Both the position numbers and the translations under genes were made by a program. A stretch of DNA of 64,000 nt, taken from assembly GCA_019358915.1 (NCBI GenBank), contig JAHHIM010000022.1, positions 12,783-76,782 on the forward strand, in the 5' to 3' direction. Each line of letters begins with the position of its first letter. Position 1 is the stretch's first letter. Below the pieces are notes generated by a model. It was not told the origin of the DNA and searched no databases. It saw only the letters and a program-made list of their open reading frames with translations. Shown here in pieces: positions 32,475 to 43,805 of this stretch. Source of the stretch: Trichormus sp. ATA11-4-KO1. GTDB lineage: Bacteria; Cyanobacteriota; Cyanobacteriia; Cyanobacteriales; Nostocaceae.

Positions 32475-33296
32475 TTATTCCTGAGGAGTAACTTTGATAG
32501 AAATATAAGCCATTATTTTATCTAGTACTAAACCAACTGTACCCAAATAAAGAATAGCTAAAATAATTTCATGAATATTAGCATTATTGTAAGCATCAAC
32601 AATAAAAAAGCCGATTCCATCATCAGAAAGCAGCATTTCGGCAGCTACAACTGCTAACCATGATAAACCAATTGCAATTCTCAGCCCGGTAAATATATAA
32701 GGTAAAGTTGCAGGTAACAGGATTTTAAAAAAATTTTCAAATAGTGATAAACCTAAAATTTTAGAAACATTAATATAATCTTTGGGTACAAGCTGTACAC
32801 CCAAAGCCGTATTCAAAATTATTGGCCAAATAGCAGTTATAAAAATTACAAAAATCGCTGAAGGATTGGGTTTGAGAAAGACTGCTTGTGCCAGAGGTAG
32901 CCAAGCCAAAGGAGCTACAGGACGCAACAGTTGAATCATCGGGTCTATTGCTTTTCTACAGAAGCTATTTAAACTGACCATAAAACCAACTGGAACACCC
33001 ACTATTGCAGCTAGAAAATAGCCAACAGCAACTCTTTTCAAACTAGCGAGAATTAACCAAAAAAATCCTTTATTGTGTCCTCCATGATTAAAAAATGGGT
33101 TTTTAATTAAATCCCCAGTATTAATCACAACCTCCAAGGGAGAAGGCAATAATGTCTCAGACCTTAAACTTAACAATTGCCATAACATTAATAAAAATAA
33201 AATACCAGAAACAGATGGTAAAGATTGTCTGATTTTCTGGTATATTACTTGGAAAAATTGCCTAGCAAAACTTTTATTTATAATTTGTATATGCAT
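32475..33296 (-). CDS. NrtB-like ABC permease
   Basis: PVAPLAWLP, IWPIILNT, GLRIAIGLSWLAVVAAEM. Confidence 0.93.
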   Translation of the reverse strand: MHIQIINKSFARQFFQVIYQKIRQSLPSVSGILFLLMLWQLLSLRSETLLPSPLEVVINTGDLIKNPFFNHGGHNKGFFWLILASLKRVAVGYFLAAIVGVPVGFMVSLNSFCRKAIDPMIQLLRPVAPLAWLPLAQAVFLKPNPSAIFVIFITAIWPIILNTALGVQLVPKDYINVSKILGLSLFENFFKILLPATLPYIFTGLRIAIGLSWLAVVAAEMLLSDDGIGFFIVDAYNNANIHEIILAILYLGTVGLVLDKIMAYISIKVTPQE

Positions 33297-33734
33297 TAAT
33301 AATGAACCTTAGCTCAAGCATGTTTCATGACTGATGAATAAACGTATAGATGACCAGAATATATGTTTGACAGTTATTAGATTGATAGCTGCTGAATTCA
33401 TTTGAAGTAGAACTATAACTAAGATGAATTTAGTGTCTACTCAGCAACACTATAATAACTATAACCAGAGATTTTTAGATGTCAATATAAATCTTTACAC
33501 AACTTGGTAAGCCAACCTTGTTATGAGGCAATTTCTAGGTTATGCTTTGCTTTACTGCAATATTTCATAATCTTCTTTATTCGATAATTTTAGCTTTTTT
33601 GTTAATATATGCCTGGAATCTAGAAAAGATTACGAAAAAAATTAGTAATCATTCATTGCTCATAGTAGAAAAACTATTACCTATTAGTCCTAAAAAAAAT
33701 GCCTAATGGCTCAAAATACAAGGAATAAAAATCA

Positions 33735-34508
33735 ATGTACAAGGAACTAACGATTAGGCAATCTTTGCAATGGGGTAAACGGCTGTTTGGGTTGTACGCA
33801 GTCATTGTCCTCCAAACTGGCAGTAGTACCGCCGCACCAGTAGCAAGACTAGAGAATTGGCGCTTTTATCCAGAGGCTGTGCAACTAGAAATTACCCTCT
33901 CAGCAGGCACAACTCCCCAGTATTTTTATCTCCCCGAACCACCTCGTCTGGTTGTGGATCTGCCAGATACTAAGTTGGGTTATGTTCCCACAACACAAAA
34001 TTATGTTGGCGCAATTCAAAGAATTCGTGTTGCCCAATTAAATGACACTGTAACTCGCATTGTTCTAGATTTGGCATCTGGAAATTTTGTAGATACCAAC
34101 AAAGTGCAACTGCAACCAGCTTCCCGACAAAACCCCACGCGCTGGGTATTACGTCCGACAATTACTAGTGATAATCCCCTGACACAACTGGGAAATTTTC
34201 CATCTTTACTCAATAATCTAGCGCCAAGTGACTATCTCCAGTTACCCAGTACCTTAACACCAACGACTACTAACCCACAGCAACCCTTTGTAACTGTACC
34301 ACCTCTCACTCCTACTCCTAGCAATTCATCTCAACTACCCGGTTCTATCCTTCCTCCAGCCACTTTTCCCAATCAACCTAGTAATCTTAATCACATTCCT
34401 CCTGTCACAAGTCCTGATTTCTCCGTACCTGCAATCCCCAACAATCCACCTAATCTGCCGCATATAGAAGTGATTGAGTTTGGTCAACCCCTTCCCAAAC
34501 CCAACTGA
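33735..34508 (+). CDS. AMIN domain protein with Pro-rich tail
   Basis: PPRLVVDLP...IRVAQ..TRIVLDL; C-terminal IEFGQPLP. Confidence 0.88.
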   Translation: MYKELTIRQSLQWGKRLFGLYAVIVLQTGSSTAAPVARLENWRFYPEAVQLEITLSAGTTPQYFYLPEPPRLVVDLPDTKLGYVPTTQNYVGAIQRIRVAQLNDTVTRIVLDLASGNFVDTNKVQLQPASRQNPTRWVLRPTITSDNPLTQLGNFPSLLNNLAPSDYLQLPSTLTPTTTNPQQPFVTVPPLTPTPSNSSQLPGSILPPATFPNQPSNLNHIPPVTSPDFSVPAIPNNPPNLPHIEVIEFGQPLPKPN

Positions 34509-34590
34509 CTTAAAAGTGCTTCCTTCCTGAGTTTTGAATAAGAAAACTACTCCCTATTCCCCTACTCCCCACCTCCTTTTTCATCCAAAT

Positions 34591-35130
34591 CTAAAATCTA
34601 TCTGTTTCTTGAGGTTGTGAGACTGCACCTGGTTGAGACGTAAAGAAGTTTTGCGCTGCTTCATTCTGGTAGATACATCTAATATCAGGTTTTTCGCTTT
34701 CCAAGTTACCTGTAAAGCCAAAAGTGTTCAGGCGATTTTTACATTCTCTTACCTGACTAGATGATACAAGTTTGCGTTGCTCTAAAATTGCCCAGTTATT
34801 TTGGCGGAGAACGCACCCAGGACGCATACTTGGTTGGGCAACATAGACATTAAAAGGGTTGAGAGTTACGAACAGTCTAGCGTCCATCACCATTGCACTA
34901 GCTCCATACTGTACGCAAATCTCCGGATTTGGTGCTTTAGTGTCAATGAATTCACGGGAAGCTACATTGGATGGAGTTAAAGTGGTGGTAGAGCTAAAAG
35001 CAATACCAATTCCAATTCCCAAAATCAGCACCCCCGCCAAAATTGCGATGGTCGAGAAGTTAAATAAAGGAGATTGGAAAGCAGAGGATTTAGAAGTAGT
35101 AGCCGATCTACCAGTAGATTTACGTCTCAT
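34591..35130 (-). CDS. DUF3172-family conserved cyanobacterial protein
   Basis: One TM segment; CVQYGASA, PGCVLR, CKNRLNTFG. Confidence 0.75.
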   Translation of the reverse strand: MRRKSTGRSATTSKSSAFQSPLFNFSTIAILAGVLILGIGIGIAFSSTTTLTPSNVASREFIDTKAPNPEICVQYGASAMVMDARLFVTLNPFNVYVAQPSMRPGCVLRQNNWAILEQRKLVSSSQVRECKNRLNTFGFTGNLESEKPDIRCIYQNEAAQNFFTSQPGAVSQPQETDRF

Positions 35131-35285
35131 TTTCGCTTGATCACCTTCACGCTTGAGAAAGTAGGGAGTAGTTTAAGCTGCTCTCCCTTTTACAGTATGC
35201 CGATTCTTAACTATAATTGTCCGCAATATGAGCGATCGCACCTCAAATAAGTTTTGGTAGTAGCGATCGCCCACATGCTAACTGA

Positions 35286-35774
35286 TTACACAGCCTGATA
35301 ACTAGCAGAGTATGTGTCTTTAAGCGGTTGCCAACGGAAAGCGCGATCGCCTCCCCTCTCAATCACTACTTTTACTCTTGGTTCCCAGCTAGGCAAAGTT
35401 GCTAAAAACTCAACTTCTTGATCGGAAAGAATATTTCCTTCAATCATCCACAACACTAAACCTTTAGACTTTGGTGGTAGCTGTTCTAAGTGATATGTGA
35501 CAATTGGTGGTACATAGTACACATATCCTACCGCCGCACCACTACCAGTACTTTTTTTACCAAGGTGAGGTGGTCTGACTCCATGAACTCCTGTGAGATA
35601 GGCCGCTACGTCGCCTAGTCCCCTAGCAGTCATATGCAGAGCGACATAGCCAACCGCACGCAGTCGGCGTCGATATCGACCTTCAAAACCTCCCTCTAAA
35701 GGTACATAAACACCAAGGGAACCAAATTTTTCCAGATCGCGGATGAAAGCGTTGCCAGTGGTAATTAGTGCCAT
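35286..35774 (-). CDS. ndhN: NDH-1 subunit N
   Basis: PLEGGFEGRYRRRLRA, GVHGVRPPHLGK. Confidence 0.95.
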   Translation of the reverse strand: MALITTGNAFIRDLEKFGSLGVYVPLEGGFEGRYRRRLRAVGYVALHMTARGLGDVAAYLTGVHGVRPPHLGKKSTGSGAAVGYVYYVPPIVTYHLEQLPPKSKGLVLWMIEGNILSDQEVEFLATLPSWEPRVKVVIERGGDRAFRWQPLKDTYSASYQAV

Positions 35775-35896
35775 AAATTTCCGTTCTATCCCACTTAGAT
35801 ATCTCTATTATTTACCCTGAACCCAGATTAGGTTGAAGTATCTGCTCAAGAAAGCCCATCTTGAAACAACCAAGTAAAAACTCTCAGCCAGAATTA

Positions 35897-35925
35897 TGGA
35901 CAAACCTAAATTTATAGTTTATGAT
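35897..35925 (+). promoter_or_regulatory. Putative promoter of the rplC operon
   Basis: TGGACA-N17-TATGAT. Confidence 0.55.
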
Positions 35926-36663
35926 GTTAGATTGTGACCAATTGGCTAAATCAGTCTACATTTTTCTGCTATTTTACAAATAGCAGATCACTCCAAGCCA
36001 GTAACTCATTTCATGAGTATTAATCTGGCTAAAAGTTATCAGAGACTGGTAAACTAGAAAAGCTTTAAGGTTAATCGAATTTAGTCTGAAAGCTTACGGC
36101 TGAATCACCAAAGTTCACAAATATATCTAGACTGCATTCACTCCTGTAGTCCTGAAGAACTAAGCAAAATCTTGAACTATAGTTTAAGGTTAGTGTGTCT
36201 AGTGAAGTCAAAGCTGAGCAGCAGTGTTGATTTCATCACATAGCGTCAGCCTTAATTAATGGATACTGAGTGGTAAACAACCACTTAAGTCCCACTACAC
36301 ACGGCAGTAGCATGTCATGGCGGGAAACCTACCTACAGCACTGCCTCCAGAAAGTGCCTAAGCAATTGCTCGGACGAAAGCATTGCTGCACAAAGAGCAA
36401 AGCTCTAAAGCATTGCCCTGATCCAGAAGTTATTTCTTCCTCACAGGAAGACACTTGTGGCTGTTCTGGTGACCAAGTGAGTGAAATTAAACGGATTCAC
36501 CAAGCAGTGAGTACACGGCTTTTTTGTCCCGCAAGAAATGGAACGGCGTCAGTTGCTCCCAAATTCTGAGGCTCGTCTAACCTCAATCAGTGGCACTAAA
36601 AGTGTAAAAGTGTGCTCTAGAGTCCGATTCCCAACCAGCAAGTATAAAGGAGAACCAGTAACT

Positions 36664-37299
36664 GTGTCTGTAGGTATTCTCGGCACCAAGCTGGGCATGA
36701 CCCAAGTATTTGACGATGCAGGAGTATCGATTCCTGTCACCGTTGTGCAAGCAGGTCCATGCACCGTTACACAAGTTAAAACAAAACAGACCGACGGTTA
36801 CGCCGCCATCCAAGTTGGTTACGGCGAAGTCAAACCAAAGGCTCTAAATAGACCTCTGCTGGGTCACTTGGCAAAATCATCTGCCCCAGCATTACGACAT
36901 CTAAATGAGTATCACACAGATACTCCTAGTGATTATGCGTTAGGTCAAGAAATTAAGGCAGATATTTTTAGTGCAGGTCAACTTGTAGATGTAGTTGGTA
37001 CAAGTATCGGTCGCGGTTTTGCGGGTAACCAGAAACGCAACAACTTTGGTCGCGGACCCATGTCACATGGTTCCAAAAATCACAGAGCGCCCGGTTCCAT
37101 TGGTGCTGGTACAACACCAGGTCGTGTTTATCCGGGTAAACGGATGGCAGGGCGCTTAGGTGGAACCCGCGTAACAATTCGCAAGTTGACTGTGGTGCGA
37201 GTAGACCCGGAACGCAACTTATTGCTAATTAAAGGAGCCATTCCTGGTAAGCCGGGGTCCTTAATAAATATTCTGCCTGCAAAGAAAGTTGGGAAGTAG
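36664..37299 (+). CDS. rplC: 50S ribosomal protein L3
   Basis: GTG start after [23 protein letters not shown]. Confidence 0.97.
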   Translation: MSVGILGTKLGMTQVFDDAGVSIPVTVVQAGPCTVTQVKTKQTDGYAAIQVGYGEVKPKALNRPLLGHLAKSSAPALRHLNEYHTDTPSDYALGQEIKADIFSAGQLVDVVGTSIGRGFAGNQKRNNFGRGPMSHGSKNHRAPGSIGAGTTPGRVYPGKRMAGRLGGTRVTIRKLTVVRVDPERNLLLIKGAIPGKPGSLINILPAKKVGK

Positions 37300-37372
37300 T
37301 CATTAGTCATCATTAGTCATTAGCTAAGGACAAATGATTAAAAAAAAAGACAAATGACAACTGACAAAGGAC
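37299..37372. repeat. Convergent STRR arrays (GTCATTA / ACAAATG-type)
   Basis: gtcattagtcatcattagtcatt followed by gacaaatgacaactgacaaaggac. Confidence 0.75.
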
Positions 37373-37378
37373 ACAAAA

Positions 37379-38017
37379 ATGGTTGAAAGTGTAGTTAAAA
37401 ATTGGCAAGGGGAACAAGTCGGCGAGACAACCTTCGAGTTGCGAGTCGCGAAAGAATCAACAGCGTCTCATATTGTGCATCGAGCTTTGGTAAGGCAAAT
37501 GACCAATTCTCGCCAAGGAACCGCCAGTACAAAAACTCGTGCCGAAGTTCGAGGTGGTGGGCGCAAACCTTGGCGGCAAAAAGGTACTGGTCGCGCTCGT
37601 GCAGGGTCTATTCGTTCACCACTGTGGCGTGGTGGCGGTGTGATCTTTGGTCCAAAACCCAGAGACTTTAACCTGAAATTAAACCGCAAAGAACGGCGTT
37701 TAGCATTGCGAACCGCACTAGTTAGTCGCGCTGACGATTTAACTGTGGTAGAAGAATTTAGCAACGAACTATCGCGCCCCAAAACCAAAGAACTAGTAGC
37801 AGCGCTAGCTCGTTGGGGAGCAGCACCAGAAAACAAGACATTGTTAATTTTGTCTGAAATTGTCACGGCGGATAACGTTTATTTGTCAGCCCGCAATATC
37901 GAGAATTTAAAGCTGATTGCAGCCGACCAGCTGAATGTTTACGACTTGCTACACGCTGACAAAATTATAGTTACGGCATCAGCCCTAGAAAAAATTCAGG
38001 AGGTCTACAGTGCCTAA
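37379..38017 (+). CDS. rplD: 50S ribosomal protein L4
   Basis: [21 protein letters not shown]. Confidence 0.98.
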   Translation: MVESVVKNWQGEQVGETTFELRVAKESTASHIVHRALVRQMTNSRQGTASTKTRAEVRGGGRKPWRQKGTGRARAGSIRSPLWRGGGVIFGPKPRDFNLKLNRKERRLALRTALVSRADDLTVVEEFSNELSRPKTKELVAALARWGAAPENKTLLILSEIVTADNVYLSARNIENLKLIAADQLNVYDLLHADKIIVTASALEKIQEVYSA

Positions 38018-38324
38018 CTTTGACCCCCGTAACCTTGCTGACTTAGTGCGTCGCCCAATTGTCACCGAAAAGGCGACCATCCTCATGGAGCAAAACAAAT
38101 ACACTTTTGAAGTAACTCCAAAGGCCAGTAAGCCGGAAATAAAAGCAGCAATTGAAGACTTATTTCAAGTCAAAGTTGTCCAAGTAAATACCATGTTACC
38201 ACCGCGCAAAAAGCGGCGTGTTGGTAAATTTATTGGTTACAAGCCCCAATACAAGCGAGCAATTGTTACCGTTGCACCTGGGGACGTAGACAAGATTAGA
38301 CAAGTTCTATTCCCAGAGCTTTAG
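38010..38324 (+). CDS. rplW: 50S ribosomal protein L23
   Basis: [15 protein letters not shown]; operon order. Confidence 0.97.
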   Translation: MPNFDPRNLADLVRRPIVTEKATILMEQNKYTFEVTPKASKPEIKAAIEDLFQVKVVQVNTMLPPRKKRRVGKFIGYKPQYKRAIVTVAPGDVDKIRQVLFPEL

Positions 38325-38351
38325 TTATTTGATAACTTCAGCCTCTTGATT

Positions 38352-38388
38352 CAGCACGGGCTAAACGCCCCGCTACCGCTAACAGCAC
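38352..38388 (+). repeat. 25-nt small dispersed element flanked by CAGCAC direct repeats
   Basis: CAGCAC-GGGCTAAACGCCCCGCTACCGCTAA-CAGCAC. Confidence 0.7.
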
Positions 38389-38403
38389 TTTGAATTTAAA
38401 ACT

Positions 38404-39267
38404 ATGGGTACTCGTTCTTATCGCCCTTATACCCCCAGTACTCGCCAAGTAACGATCTCCGACTTTGCCGAAATTACCAAAACGGAGCCGGAAAAGTCCT
38501 TAACGATGTACAAACATCGTGCCAAAGGCCGTAATAATCAAGGGCGGATAACCAGCCGTCGTCGGGGTGGCGGACATAAAAAACTTTACCGGATCATTGA
38601 CTTTAAAAGGGATAAGCGTAATATTACTGCCCAAATCACAGCAATTGAATACGATCCTAATCGCAATGCGCGAATTGCCCTTGTGCTGTATGAAGATGGC
38701 GAAAAGCGCTATATTCTTCACCCCAATGGCTTAAAAGTGGGAACAACAATTATTGCTGGGACTGATGCTCCTTTTGAGGATGGCAATGCTTTGCCACTCT
38801 CGAATATCCCCTTAGGTACTAGTGTTCACAACGTCGAATTGACTCCTGGTAAAGGTGGTCAAATCGTACGTGCTGCTGGTGCTAGCGCCCAAGTAGTAGC
38901 AAAAGAAGGTAATTATGTAACTCTCAAGTTACCTTCAGGGGAAGTGCGGATGATTCGCCGGGAATGCTACGCCACCATTGGACAAGTAGGTAACACCGAC
39001 GCCAGAAACTTGAGTGCAGGTAAAGCTGGACGTAATCGTTGGAAAGGTCGTCGTCCTAAAGTCAGAGGTAGTGTGATGAACCCTGTGGATCACCCTCATG
39101 GTGGTGGTGAAGGTAGAGCACCCATTGGTAGACCCGGACCTGTAACGCCTTGGGGTAAACCAACTTTGGGTGCGAAAACACGCAAACCCAAGAAAGCCAG
39201 CAGCAAATTGATTGTGCGTCGCCGCCGCAAATCTTCTAAACGGGGTCGTGGTGGTCGTCAGTCTTAG
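38404..39267 (+). CDS. rplB: 50S ribosomal protein L2
   Basis: [21 protein letters not shown]. Confidence 0.99.
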   Translation: MGTRSYRPYTPSTRQVTISDFAEITKTEPEKSLTMYKHRAKGRNNQGRITSRRRGGGHKKLYRIIDFKRDKRNITAQITAIEYDPNRNARIALVLYEDGEKRYILHPNGLKVGTTIIAGTDAPFEDGNALPLSNIPLGTSVHNVELTPGKGGQIVRAAGASAQVVAKEGNYVTLKLPSGEVRMIRRECYATIGQVGNTDARNLSAGKAGRNRWKGRRPKVRGSVMNPVDHPHGGGEGRAPIGRPGPVTPWGKPTLGAKTRKPKKASSKLIVRRRRKSSKRGRGGRQS

Positions 39268-39367
39268 AATTTGAGATTTTAAATTTGGGATTTTAGATTA
39301 GGGTTACTTATAAAATCCCAAATTTGTCAACCTAAATTAATCAAAATCCAAAATCCAAAATCAACCT

Positions 39368-39646
39368 ATGGGTCGTTCTCTAAAAAAAGGTCCTTTCGTT
39401 GCTGACCATTTGCTCAGCAAAATTGAAAAGCTGAACGCTAAAAACGAAAAACAAGTTATTAAAACTTGGTCAAGAGCCTCGACGATTTTACCCCTCATGG
39501 TAGGTCATACCATAGCTGTACACAACGGACGCCAACACGTTCCAGTTTTTGTAAATGAGCAAATGGTAGGTCATAAGTTGGGAGAATTTGCTCCCACACG
39601 CACCTACAGAGGTCATGGCAAGAGTGACAAAAAAGCAGGGAGATAG
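39368..39646 (+). CDS. rpsS: 30S ribosomal protein S19
   Basis: [15 protein letters not shown]. Confidence 0.99.
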   Translation: MGRSLKKGPFVADHLLSKIEKLNAKNEKQVIKTWSRASTILPLMVGHTIAVHNGRQHVPVFVNEQMVGHKLGEFAPTRTYRGHGKSDKKAGR

Positions 39647-39703
39647 TGATTAGTCATTAGTCATCAGCTAAAGACTAATGATCAATGACTAAAGAAGAAA
39701 ATT

Positions 39704-40063
39704 ATGGCTATTGATACTACTGAAGTGAAGGCGATCGCCCGTTATATACGCATTTCTCCTTATAAAGTGCGTCGTGTACTCGATCAGATCCGGGGGCGTT
39801 CCTACCGAGAAGCGCTGATTATCCTGGAATTCATGCCTTATCGAGCCTGTGAACCAGTATTAAAACTGCTCAGAAGCGCAGCAGCTAATGCCGAGCATAA
39901 CGCTGGGTTAGACCGGACGCAACTGGTGATTACTCAGGCATATGCCGACCAAGGTCCAGTGCTAAAACGGTTTCAACCAAGAGCGCAGGGTCGAGCTTAC
40001 CAAATTCGCAAGCCGACGTGTCATATCACTTTAGCTGTAGCTGCTGACGCCTCTGCTGAATAA
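39704..40063 (+). CDS. rplV: 50S ribosomal protein L22
   Basis: [15 protein letters not shown]. Confidence 0.98.
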   Translation: MAIDTTEVKAIARYIRISPYKVRRVLDQIRGRSYREALIILEFMPYRACEPVLKLLRSAAANAEHNAGLDRTQLVITQAYADQGPVLKRFQPRAQGRAYQIRKPTCHITLAVAADASAE

Positions 40064-40113
40064 TTATCAGACACAAAAATTGCGTAAAGTCAGAAATTTT
40101 AGAGGAAGCATTT

Positions 40114-40869
40114 GTGGGACAGAAGATTCATCCAGTTGGTTTTCGCCTGGGTATTACACAAGAGCATCAATCCCGTTGGTTTGCTGTTCCTGATCGCTAT
40201 CCAGAACTTCTCCAAGAAGACCACAAACTCCGTCAATACATAGAACAAAAGTTGGGCAGACTGGCTCAAAACAACGCCGGGATTTCCGAGGTGCGGATTG
40301 AGCGCAAAGCTGACCAAATTGACCTAGAGGTACGCACGGCTAGACCCGGTGTAGTAGTAGGTCGCGGTGGGCAAGGGATTGAATCACTACGCACCGGACT
40401 ACAAGAACTGCTGGGTAGCAATCGGCAAATTCGCATTAACGTAGTCGAAGTGCAAAGAGTTGATGCTGATGCCTACTTAATTGGTGAATATATTGCTCAA
40501 CAATTGGAACGACGTGTTTCGTTTCGACGAGTAGTGCGGCAAGCCATTCAGCGCGCTCAACGTGCTGGTGTCCAAGGCATCAAAATTCAAGTCAGCGGCC
40601 GACTCAACGGTGCAGAAATTGCCCGGACAGAGTGGACTCGCGAAGGTAGAGTACCTCTACATACCTTACGGGCTGACATTGACTACGCTTACTGCACAGC
40701 CAAAACGATTTACGGGATTTTAGGTATCAAAGTATGGGTGTTTAAAGGAGAAATTATTCCTGGACAGGAAGAAACTCCCGCCCCACCCACAACACGCGAT
40801 CGCGAACCTCGTCGCCGTCAACAACAACGTCGTCGCCAGCAATTTGAAGACCGATCTAATGAAGGATAA
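40114..40869 (+). CDS. rpsC: 30S ribosomal protein S3
   Basis: [22 protein letters not shown]. Confidence 0.99.
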   Translation: MGQKIHPVGFRLGITQEHQSRWFAVPDRYPELLQEDHKLRQYIEQKLGRLAQNNAGISEVRIERKADQIDLEVRTARPGVVVGRGGQGIESLRTGLQELLGSNRQIRINVVEVQRVDADAYLIGEYIAQQLERRVSFRRVVRQAIQRAQRAGVQGIKIQVSGRLNGAEIARTEWTREGRVPLHTLRADIDYAYCTAKTIYGILGIKVWVFKGEIIPGQEETPAPPTTRDREPRRRQQQRRRQQFEDRSNEG

Positions 40870-40922
40870 ATGGAGATGGGGCATGGTGCATGGGGCAGAG
40901 GAAATTGACAATGCCCCATGAC

Positions 40923-40965
40923 GGCAGTTGCTCCACTTGGGGAGACCCCAAGTGGAGCAACTGCC
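40923..40965. repeat. Perfect 20-bp inverted repeat within an STRR region
   Basis: GGCAGTTGCTCCACTTGGGG-AGA-CCCCAAGTGGAGCAACTGCC. Confidence 0.9.
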
Positions 40966-41016
40966 TCCCCAATGCCCGATACCCAATGCCTGATACCCAG
41001 TACATAGTACCTAGTC

Positions 41017-41442
41017 ATGTTAAGTCCTAGAAGAACTAAATTCCGCAAACAACAGCGCGGACGGATGGAAGGTCTAGCCCACCGTGGCAGCAACATTAAC
41101 TTCGGTGATTTTGCTCTCCAAGCTCAAGAACCAGCCTGGATTACCTCCCGGCAAATTGAAGCCTCTCGGCGGGCCATGACTCGTTATATTCGCCGGGGTG
41201 GCAAAATCTGGATTCGGATTTTCCCCGATAAGCCAGTAACCATGCGTCCCGCAGAAACCCGGATGGGTTCTGGTAAAGGTTCGCCAGAGTTTTGGGTAGC
41301 CGTAGTCAAACCAGGTCGCATTATGTTTGAAATCGCTGGCGTTTCTGAAGAAATCGCCCGTGAAGCTATGCGCTTGGCTGCAAATAAACTGCCCATTAAA
41401 ACCAAGTTTATTGTGCGTTCTCAACCACAGGAGCAGGAGTAG
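41017..41442 (+). CDS. rplP: 50S ribosomal protein L16
   Basis: [15 protein letters not shown]. Confidence 0.99.
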   Translation: MLSPRRTKFRKQQRGRMEGLAHRGSNINFGDFALQAQEPAWITSRQIEASRRAMTRYIRRGGKIWIRIFPDKPVTMRPAETRMGSGKGSPEFWVAVVKPGRIMFEIAGVSEEIAREAMRLAANKLPIKTKFIVRSQPQEQE

Positions 41443-41445
41443 GTT

Positions 41446-41673
41446 ATGCCTCTTCCCAAAATTTCAGAAGCTAGAGAATTAAGTGACGAGAAACTGGCTG
41501 CGGAAATTGTCGCTGTTAAAAGACAACTGTTTCAGTTGCGCTTGCAAAAAGCCACAAGACAAATGGAAAAACCTCACCAATTCCGCCATGCTAAACATCG
41601 CCTAGCTCAGTTGCTGACTGTAGAGACTGAGCGGAAACGGGTAGCAAATCAACCGGCTAAACAAGAATCATAG
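41446..41673 (+). CDS. rpmC: 50S ribosomal protein L29
   Basis: LFQLRLQKAT...PHQFR; operon order. Confidence 0.97.
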   Translation: MPLPKISEARELSDEKLAAEIVAVKRQLFQLRLQKATRQMEKPHQFRHAKHRLAQLLTVETERKRVANQPAKQES

Positions 41674-41679
41674 GAGATT

Positions 41680-41931
41680 ATGGCAATCAAAGAACGAGTC
41701 GGCTTGGTAGTGAGCGACAAAATGCAAAAAACGGTGGTAGTTGCTGTGGAAAACCGCGCCCCCCATCCTAAATACGGCAAAATTGTAGTTCAAACCCGGC
41801 GTTATAAAGCTCACGATGCAGAAAGTAAATGCAAAGTAGGCGATCGCGTGCGGATTCAAGAAACTAGACCGTTGAGCAAAACTAAGCGCTGGCAAGTCAA
41901 AGAAATCTTGAACACCAAAGCGACAACGTAA
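41680..41931 (+). CDS. rpsQ: 30S ribosomal protein S17
   Basis: [18 protein letters not shown]. Confidence 0.99.
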   Translation: MAIKERVGLVVSDKMQKTVVVAVENRAPHPKYGKIVVQTRRYKAHDAESKCKVGDRVRIQETRPLSKTKRWQVKEILNTKATT

Positions 41932-41972
41932 TAGTTGTATAACGACTAACAACTCCAAAAAGGAGATAAATT

Positions 41973-42341
41973 GTGATTCAACCCCAGACTTTCCTGAATG
42001 TTGCCGATAATAGCGGTGCCAAAAAACTCATGTGCATCCGTGTATTAGGTGCCGGCAACAGACGTTATGGTTTCATCGGCGACAAAATTATTGCGGTTGT
42101 CAAAGATGCTATTCCTAATATGGCTGTGAAAAAATCCGATGTCGTTGAGGCAGTGATTGTCCGCACCCGTCACAACATCCGCCGGGATAGTGGTATGACC
42201 ATTCGCTTTGACGATAACGCAGCCGTCATCATCAACAAAGATGGTAATCCCAGAGGTACAAGGGTTTTTGGCCCAGTTGCCCGGGAATTACGCGATAAAA
42301 ACTTCACCAAAATTGTTTCTCTGGCTCCGGAGGTGCTGTAA
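41973..42341 (+). CDS. rplN: 50S ribosomal protein L14
   Basis: VADNSGA, SLAPEVL. Confidence 0.99.
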   Translation: MIQPQTFLNVADNSGAKKLMCIRVLGAGNRRYGFIGDKIIAVVKDAIPNMAVKKSDVVEAVIVRTRHNIRRDSGMTIRFDDNAAVIINKDGNPRGTRVFGPVARELRDKNFTKIVSLAPEVL

Positions 42342-42694
42342 TGGCAAGCCGCAAGGAAAAGCCCAAAGTATTCTACAAGATGCACGTCAAAACTGGTGAT
42401 ACTGTGCAAGTAATTGCTGGCAAAGACAAAGGTAAAGTTGGCGAAGTGGTTAAAGCACTGCCCCAACTGAGTAAAGTCGTTGTCAAAGGTGTCAATATTA
42501 AAACTAAACACATGAAACCCCAACAAGAAGGGGAATCAGGCCGGATCGTCACCCAGGAAGCTCCAATTCATAGTTCCAACGTGATGCTCTACTCCACCAA
42601 GCAAAACGTCACCAGTCGTGTTTGCTACACTTTCACCGCAGAAGGTAAAAAGGTGAGAATGCTGAAGAAAACAGGTGAAATTCTCGATAAATAA
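42341..42694 (+). CDS. rplX: 50S ribosomal protein L24
   Basis: [21 protein letters not shown]. Confidence 0.98.
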   Translation: MASRKEKPKVFYKMHVKTGDTVQVIAGKDKGKVGEVVKALPQLSKVVVKGVNIKTKHMKPQQEGESGRIVTQEAPIHSSNVMLYSTKQNVTSRVCYTFTAEGKKVRMLKKTGEILDK

Positions 42695-42800
42695 AGAATT
42701 AGCCAATAGATGTGCCACAGTAGCTTCTTGACTAAGCATTCAGCACTCAGCATTTAAAAAAGTTTCCCTGACCAAGACCAGGGAGAAGGACAAAAAAACT

Positions 42801-43349
42801 ATGGCGACAACAAGACTCAAAACCTTATACCAAGAGACAATTGTCCCCAAACTGACGAATCAGTTTCAATACACTAACGTTCATCAAGTACCGAAGTTAG
42901 TCAAGATTACGATTAACCGAGGTTTGGGGGAAGCGGCTCAAAATGCGAAGGCGCTAGAAGCGTCTTTAAATGAAATTGCGCTGATCACTGGGCAAAAACC
43001 AGTAGTAACGCGGGCGAAAAAGGCGATCGCTGGCTTTAAAATTCGTCAGGGTATGCCTGTTGGCATTATGGTGACCCTCAGAAGCGAACGGATGTATGCT
43101 TTTCTCGACAGACTAATTAGTTTGTCACTACCTAGAATTCGCGACTTTCGGGGCATTAGTCCTAAAAGCTTCGACGGTCGCGGTAACTATACTCTGGGTG
43201 TGAGAGAACAACTCATTTTTCCAGAGGTCGAGTACGACAGTATCGACCAAATCCGTGGTCTGGATATTTCTATCATCACTACAGCGAAAACCGACGAAGA
43301 AGGCCGCGCCTTACTTAAAGAAATGGGAATGCCTTTTCGCGATCAATAA
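42801..43349 (+). CDS. rplE: 50S ribosomal protein L5
   Basis: [14 protein letters not shown]. Confidence 0.99.
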   Translation: MATTRLKTLYQETIVPKLTNQFQYTNVHQVPKLVKITINRGLGEAAQNAKALEASLNEIALITGQKPVVTRAKKAIAGFKIRQGMPVGIMVTLRSERMYAFLDRLISLSLPRIRDFRGISPKSFDGRGNYTLGVREQLIFPEVEYDSIDQIRGLDISIITTAKTDEEGRALLKEMGMPFRDQ

Positions 43350-43369
43350 GTTCATCTAAAGAGGGAACG

Positions 43370-43771
43370 ATGGCGGCTAACGACACAGTTGCAGATATGC
43401 TGACGCGCATCCGCAATGCCAACCTGGCAAGGCATCAAACTACAAACGTGCCAGCCACAAAAATGACTCGTAGTATTGCAAAAGTACTACAAGAGGAAGG
43501 CTTTATTGCTGAATTTTCCGAAGCAGAAGAAGGGGTGAAACGTAACCTAGTTATTTCCCTGAAATACAAAGGTAAGAATCGTCAGCCTTTAATTACTGCC
43601 TTGAAGCGAGTGAGTAAACCAGGTTTGCGTGTTTACTCCAATAGAAAAGACTTACCCAGGGTACTAGGTGGCATCGGCATTGCCATTATTTCCACATCCA
43701 GTGGCATCATGACTGACCGTGAAGCACGGCGTCAAAGCTTGGGTGGTGAAGTACTTTGCTATGTTTGGTAG
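43370..43771 (+). CDS. rpsH: 30S ribosomal protein S8
   Basis: [17 protein letters not shown]. Confidence 0.99.
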   Translation: MAANDTVADMLTRIRNANLARHQTTNVPATKMTRSIAKVLQEEGFIAEFSEAEEGVKRNLVISLKYKGKNRQPLITALKRVSKPGLRVYSNRKDLPRVLGGIGIAIISTSSGIMTDREARRQSLGGEVLCYVW

Positions 43772-43805
43772 TCTGCTCAGGACTCAAGATAAAGGACAAA
43801 AAGTC

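Noticed and set aside
32752..32768. CCTAAAATTTTAGAAAC as a self-target of the mini-array spacer
   Set aside because: Short AT-rich match that needs a gap and lacks a GTN PAM; consistent with chance.
36270..36569. 99-aa Cys-rich ORF as a protein-coding gene
   Set aside because: No recognisable family or RBS, and it lies in a structured leader; kept only as a note in the leader finding.
36030..36663. rpsJ missing before rplC (also rpsN, rpmD and rpsD missing from the cluster)
   Set aside because: This is the normal cyanobacterial arrangement, not a lineage-specific loss.
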